Source of the DNA: Eledone cirrhosa
Lineage: Eukaryota
DNA length: 64,000 nt
Reading direction: 5' to 3'
Assembly (NCBI GenBank): GCA_964016885.1
Contig: OZ024757.1
Location: 5,580,001-5,644,000, forward strand
Of the stretch, positions 57,193 through 64,000 are shown one piece after another; positions within the stretch are counted from its first letter, which is position 1; every line of letters starts with the position of its first letter. The notes under the pieces were generated by a model that made no database searches, was not told the DNA's origin, and was given only the letters and a program-made list of their open reading frames with translations. A program made the translations under genes and the position numbers.

Positions 57193-59690
57193 GGACTCCA
57201 ATCGAGCCAGTGACTGGGAGCGGTTGTTCTATTTCGCCCCATTCGCCCTCGGCCTCCCCAGCTCTGGCGCAGACCGGTTAACAGCAGCCTTCGTCAAGGC
57301 CAAATTCTCGTCATTTGGGCGAGCACCCATTCGAAGCGTGCCCAGGGACGCCACACACCCCAACCTCAGCTACCCCTCTCCTCCACCCCCGAGGCCAGCG
57401 CCAAGCGTTTGCGTGACCAGGTAAACGCAAAGCTTATCATGGGTGATGTCTCAGAGTTGTTGCCTCAGAGGGCACTGTCCTCGAACCCACCGAGGAAGTG
57501 CTGGCTGCTCTGCGGCTCAAACACCCTGAGCCACCCACTGATCTCAGACCCATACTCCCACCCGACCCCCACTTGCTCCTTGTGGCTACTGATGCAGATA
57601 TCATGCCCGCCATCAGGTCCTTCCCAGCTAGCAGCTGCGGAGGTGTTGATGGTCTCCGACCAGGCCACCTCAGGGAGTTGACATCCCCCCTCTCTGCTGA
57701 GGCCGGGCGCCGCCTTCTGAATGCAATTGTGACGCTCACCAATAGGCTCATTCATGGTGCTCTCGACCCTTACACCCGAGGCCTTTTTTTTTCAGCCAGA
57801 CTCACCGCTCTCAGGAAGAAAGAGAGTGGCATACGCCCCATTGCTGTGGGCAATGTCTTCCGGAGGCTGGCTGCCAAGGTGATCTGCAAGTCCGTCACAC
57901 TCGAACTGGGTGAGGAGTTTATTCCGGTGCAACTGGGTGTCGGCGTGTCCGGTGGCTGCGAGGGAGACTCTCATGCAATCAGGCAGTTCTTCAGCAGCTG
58001 CCCATCGGTACCGACATCCAGGGACTCCAGGCACCTCATTGTCAAGCTTGACATGAGGAATGCCTTCAACTCTTTACGCTGGGATCATCTGCTGGAGGCC
58101 TGCCTCAGCCGAGCACCCTCTGTCTAGCCGCTGGCCTACCTGTCATATGGAGCCCCGAGCATGCTCCTAGCTGCTGATACGGTCATACTCTCGGCTACTG
58201 GGGGTCCAACAGGGCGACCCTTTGGGACCCCTCCTGTTCGCCCTTGGTGTTGACCACATCGCCCGGAGTATCACGGCCCCTCTCAACGTTTGGTATCTGG
58301 ATGATGCTCAATTGGTGATTCCTGCCCTGGCGGGAATCGGCCTCCAGGTCAACTCGGCTAAGTCGGAGGTGGTGAACGTCAGCCTCGATGCTGGGAGCTT
58401 TGCAGCCTCCGTCTTGGACATGCGGTCCATTCTACTCCAGGTTCAGGTCCCCCCCCAAAGAGGATGTCTTCATCCTCGGGTCACCGATCCACCCGCCGGC
58501 CATCCGCTGCACCATCAGGTCCAGGCTTCAAAAGTTCCAGACTCTCACGAGCCGACTGGGCTTGATTGACGGCCACCCAGCTCTCTTTCTGCTGAGGAAC
58601 TGTTTCGCCATGCCGAAGCCCCTCTATACACTCCGCAGCACTCCATGATACACCCAGGCATCTCTCCTCGCTGACCTCGATACTTGTATCCGAGCAGCAG
58701 CCGAGGGGATATGCACCGTCAAGTTTGACGACATAGGGTGGCAACAGGCCACTTTACTGGTCAGGTATGGCGGCCTTCACCTCCAGTCCCCGATCTCACT
58801 AGCTTTGCCGGCGTATCTTTCGTCGGTAACCTCATGCCGCGTCCTCATCAGCAGAGTTCTTCAAAACACAACAGAACCCTCTGTGTTCAGAGAACGTGTG
58901 GCCGACTGTGAGATGTGGGACCGGCTGGGACTTAGCCCAGTAGACGTCCCTCCTCCTCCTTCTCCTGTTGACCAGCACCGCCTTGCTTGTTTTCGTGCGG
59001 CCTCCAAACCCCACAGTGGTGCCTGGCTCGATGCTCTGCCTTCCTTCTCCACTGGCACGCAGCTAGACAACCATAGCCTGTGATTCGGCGTTTCCCTGAG
59101 GCTCGGCCTCCGGATCTGCCAGCCACACCAATGTCGCTGCGGTTCCACCGTGAACTCTTTCGGCCTCCACCCGCTTTCCAGTCGCCACAGTGCCGGTCGC
59201 ATTCCACGCCATACTGCCCTCAACGAGGTTATTAAGCATGGCTTGGACGCTGCAGGCTTCCCTTCCTAGCTCGAGGGGACGGCAAAAGGCCAGATGGCAT
59301 GACCATCTTCCCGTTCCGCGGTGGCAAACCCCTCGTCTGGGATGCCACTTGCACCGACACTTTCTGCAGCCGCAACCTGGTGCAGTCTGCGACTGGCCCA
59401 GGTTCTGCTGCATGTCGGGCTGAGGGGACCAAACTCCTCAAATACCGGTCGCTCTCCGACAGGTTTGCGGTCGTACCCCTGGAAGTGGAAACTTCTGGTG
59501 TCCTCGGCTTCAGGGCTACCTCCTTACTCACCACCATAGGCGCTGAGCTGGCCAGCCGTAGGTGTGAGCCCCACGAGTTGGAGTGGCTTTTCCAGCGCGT
59601 CTCCCGGGGAAATGCCTTCTCCATTCTGTCCGCCGGGGCTGTGGGTGGGCCCTATCACAGACAGGGCGGTCCACCTGTATTGAGGACCGT
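57193..59690 (+). mobile_element. 5'-truncated CRE-clade (RLE-type) non-LTR retrotransposon, inactivated
   Basis: GC-rich island; IRPIAVGNVFRRLAAK, QLGVG, KLDMRNAFNS, QQGDPLGPLLF, WYLDD; CRC..H..RH..N knuckle; KRPDG..LVWDATCTD..E..K..KY restriction-like endonuclease. Confidence 0.87.
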
Positions 59691-59736
59691 AATATTTTAT
59701 TTTACTAATTTTTCGATGTTAATTTATAATTTAATT

Positions 59737-60198
59737 GGCACTACCATGCTATTAGCTGTCACAAGTTTCGTCAACCTTCTCAATAGTAAACATCCTTTAT
59801 TTCCGTATTACCACGGGTTATTTTAATAAAGCATATCGATGTCAGTGGTGTTACTTAAATGAAAATATAGGTGGTCCTTAAAAGGGGACAAATTAGAAAA
59901 GAAATTTAAGTTTATAAACAAATATATGGTTATCAAATTTCTTTCACCAACCCTATACATGAAATTGATAACCATGACTATGAAAATATAAATGATTAAA
60001 TCCAATTTATTTGATAACCATGACTTGTTTTCTAATCTTGCCCTTTTAAGGGCCACCTATGCTTTCATTTAAGTAACAACACCACTTACATCGATATGCT
60101 TTATTAAAATAAAGCGTGGTAATACGGAAATAAAGGATGTTTACGATTGAGAAGGTTGACGGAACTTTCACTTGTGACAGCTAATAGCATGTAGTGCC
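59737..60198. mobile_element. Fold-back MITE with ~170-200-bp imperfect TIRs
   Basis: ggcactaccatgctattagctgtcacaag... mirrored by ...cttgtgacagctaatagcatgtagtgcc. Confidence 0.8.
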
Positions 60199-60604
60199 GA
60201 GAGTTAATATTCTGTAGATAACATAGAGTGAGCTACATGTTCCAGGGTAGGTGTTCCATCTCCTACAAGATTAAATATTTCATTTCATGAGAAACTACGC
60301 TACATCGTGAATTGGTTGTTCCACATTTTACAGGACTGAGAAATAGGTTTAAATCACCAACATCTGAACAATTAGCTTTCCTGGTCTTTCTTGACTTTAC
60401 ACTTGGACTTGAAATATAAAGTACGTATTATTTGTATTGTTACCACAGCAGATATTGTGTACTTTTCTACACTCAGTGGGGAACAATCCTCATTTATTAA
60501 GACACAAATACACACACACTCTCTCTCTTACACTTTCTTATACCGACATCTGTCTTACACAGTCATATATCTTCAGAACTTTGAAGAATTCTTCAAGAAT
60601 TACA

Positions 60605-61673
<1,069 letters not shown>

Positions 61674-62055
61674 TCTCTGATGTAGTGTGTAATTAAGGGA
61701 CCCTCTATCACCTGAGGTAATGTCTTCTCTGCTATGATAAATTTTAGAGGCCTACACCAACATTCCCTGTTGTAATGTGTAATGGAAGAGCCCTCTATCA
61801 CCGGAGGTAATGCTGTGTGTGTCTAGTCTCAGAAATTTTAGAGGGTAAAATCAACATTCTCTGTTATACAACATTTTCTTTTTGACTCACTTTTTTTTAT
61901 TGATTTCATTGTTTTGTAAATAATTTATTAATTTTTCATAATTAATTTTATAAATTGTATTTATGTCCAAAATTTCATTCTATTTGTTGTTAATAAAAGA
62001 ATTACATTCAAGGAATTTATCAAGTCTGTAACTTCCAACTTTTTTTTATTTTGCC

Positions 62056-62720
62056 ATCTTAATCTCTGTTATTAACACCACATGTAATGATATCATCTTG
62101 TAAGTAGTTTTAATACATCTAACACTCATCTAAATCTCTGTTATTAACACTATATGTAATGATATCATCTTGTATGTAGTATTAATACATCTAACACCCA
62201 TCTAAATCTCTGTTATTAACACCATATGTAATGGTATCATCTTGTAAGTAGTTTTAATACATTTAACACCCATCTAAATCTCTGTTATTAATACTATATG
62301 TAATTATATCATCTTGTAAGTAGTTTTAATACATCTAAATCTCTGTTATTAACACCATATGTAATGATATCTTTAAAGTAGTTGTAATACATCTAACACC
62401 CATCTAAATCTGTTATTCACACCATATGTCATGATATCATCTTGTAAGTTGTTTTAATACATCTAACACCCATCTAAATCTCTGTTATTAACACCATATA
62501 TAATGATATCACCTTTTAAGTAGTTTTAATACATCTAACACCCATCTAAATCTCTGTTATTAACACCATATATAATGATATCACCTTTTAAGTAGTTTTA
62601 ATACATCTAACACCCATCTAAATCTGTTATTAACACCATATGTAATGATATCATCTTGTAAGTAGTTTTAATACATCTGACACCCATCTAAATCTGTTAT
62701 TCACACCATATGTAATGATA
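62056..62720. repeat. ~72-bp minisatellite, ~9-10 copies
   Basis: catctaaatctctgttattaacaccatatgtaatgatatcatcttgtaagtagttttaatacatctaacacc. Confidence 0.92.
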
Positions 62721-63539
62721 TTTTAGAAGAAGTTAGTTATGTAGAGATATTTAGAAGAGGTTGTTTAGTAGATGTTTGTTCTTCGGGAATTATCACTTTA
62801 GCAAATAGTATATATTTGTTGGTTACAGGCTGGACTCCATGTAACATAATATAATTAACAACAATGTAGCAAGCAGTTACACTATTTTATCACTGCGGAG
62901 TAATTTAGTCGTGTTTTGTCACTCACTAGCCCTTAGGATTGGTGGCGTATGAATACAAAAGATGACTTCCACACAGCAGTTGCTTCACACCTTTTTTCAG
63001 TTCTAGGTAGCAGTTGCTCTTTACATTTTGTTGACACCAGCAACTTACAAATGTCTTTCCCAGTCAAGACACCATCTTTCAAAACTACCCCCCAGTTGTG
63101 TTTTGGAGTTGTCTAGCAGCTCGTAATGGCTTCCCTACTCCTGTCACTTTGCTCTCTAACGATGAGTATACGGCTTTTAGAAGAGTTACCGTAACCGACA
63201 ACTTGGTTCCAAAGTACTTACCATTAAGAGATTTGCTATTACATGTCAGCTTTGTTATACAGGATCTCTGTACCACTTCACACCTTTTGTACATACGTTC
63301 ACGTCAAGCAAAAAAAAATCTTTATTATGTTTTGAAGTATGCCTACTGATCTGATCCACAACCATGAAACATAAACGCGCAGCCTTACATCTCTATCTTC
63401 TTTAAGGATATAATCTCCGCTACCAATACAGAATACAGCTTAAAGTCCTTTCACTAAAAACTTACTTCTTCATAAGATTTGTACCAATATAGAATAAGAT
63501 TTTTTGGGAAAATACAGTATTAATGTTGTCATCACTGGT

Positions 63540-64000
63540 AGCTCACCTTACTGAGGTGTCAGGTGATGTCTGTGAGGGTACCTGGTTATTTCAGTACCTT
63601 AGCCCCACCTTACTGAGGTGTCATGTGATGTCTGTGAGGGTACCTGGTTATTTCACTACCTTAGCCTCACCTTACTGGGGTGTCAGGTGAAGGTACCTGG
63701 TTATTTCAGTACCTTAGCCTCACCTTACTGAGGTGTCAGGTGAGGGTACTTGGTTATTTCAGTACCTTAGCCTCACCTTACTGGGGTGTCAGGTGAGGGT
63801 ACCTGGTTATTTCACTACCTTAGCCTCACCTTACTGAGGTGTCAGGTGAGGGTACCTGGTTATTTCAGTACCTTAGCCTCACCTTACTGAGGTGTCAGGT
63901 GAGGGTACCTGGTTATTTCACTACCTTAGCCTCACCTCACTGAGGCTTCAGGTGAAGGTACCTGGTTATTTCACTACCTTAGCCTCACCTTACTGAGGTG
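63540..64000. repeat. ~53-bp minisatellite (first units longer), truncated by window end
   Basis: cctcaccttactgaggtgtcaggtgagggtacctggttatttca(g/c)taccttag. Confidence 0.93.

Noticed and set aside
62990-63480. Possible coding remnant (ORFs 63085..63294 and 63098..63349)
   Set aside because: No recognisable domain motif; cannot be supported without a database search

Overview
AT-rich, repeat-dense animal genomic DNA, most likely a coleoid cephalopod (octopus-like). The organism is inferred from the style of the KRAB-less tandem C2H2 genes and from the SINE/RTE families. The window holds a cluster of three C2H2 zinc-finger genes: one intact 10-finger ORF, one 12-finger ORF with a frameshifted 7-finger tail, and one frameshifted 11-finger copy. 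They share duplicated 5' exon/promoter modules and sit among many mobile elements: RTE, CR1 and CRE LINEs, Penelope-like (GIY-YIG) remnants, a young non-autonomous LTR element, mariner, hAT, piggyBac and Helitron derivatives, SINEs, satellites and kb-long (TA)n tracts. The most notable signals are four. (1) Three well-formed, mutually covarying minimal type-I hammerhead ribozymes, plus a degenerate fourth, linked to Penelope-like remnants. (2) An LTR element whose primer-binding site extends to 32 nt of tRNA-Trp complementarity with its only mismatch opposite A58, and whose LTRs end in TA rather than CA. (3) A PHD-type finger inserted inside the RT domain of the RTE family. (4) A Helitron insertion supported by a paralogous empty site. 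All calls were made by eye with no database searches, and boundaries of decayed elements are approximate.
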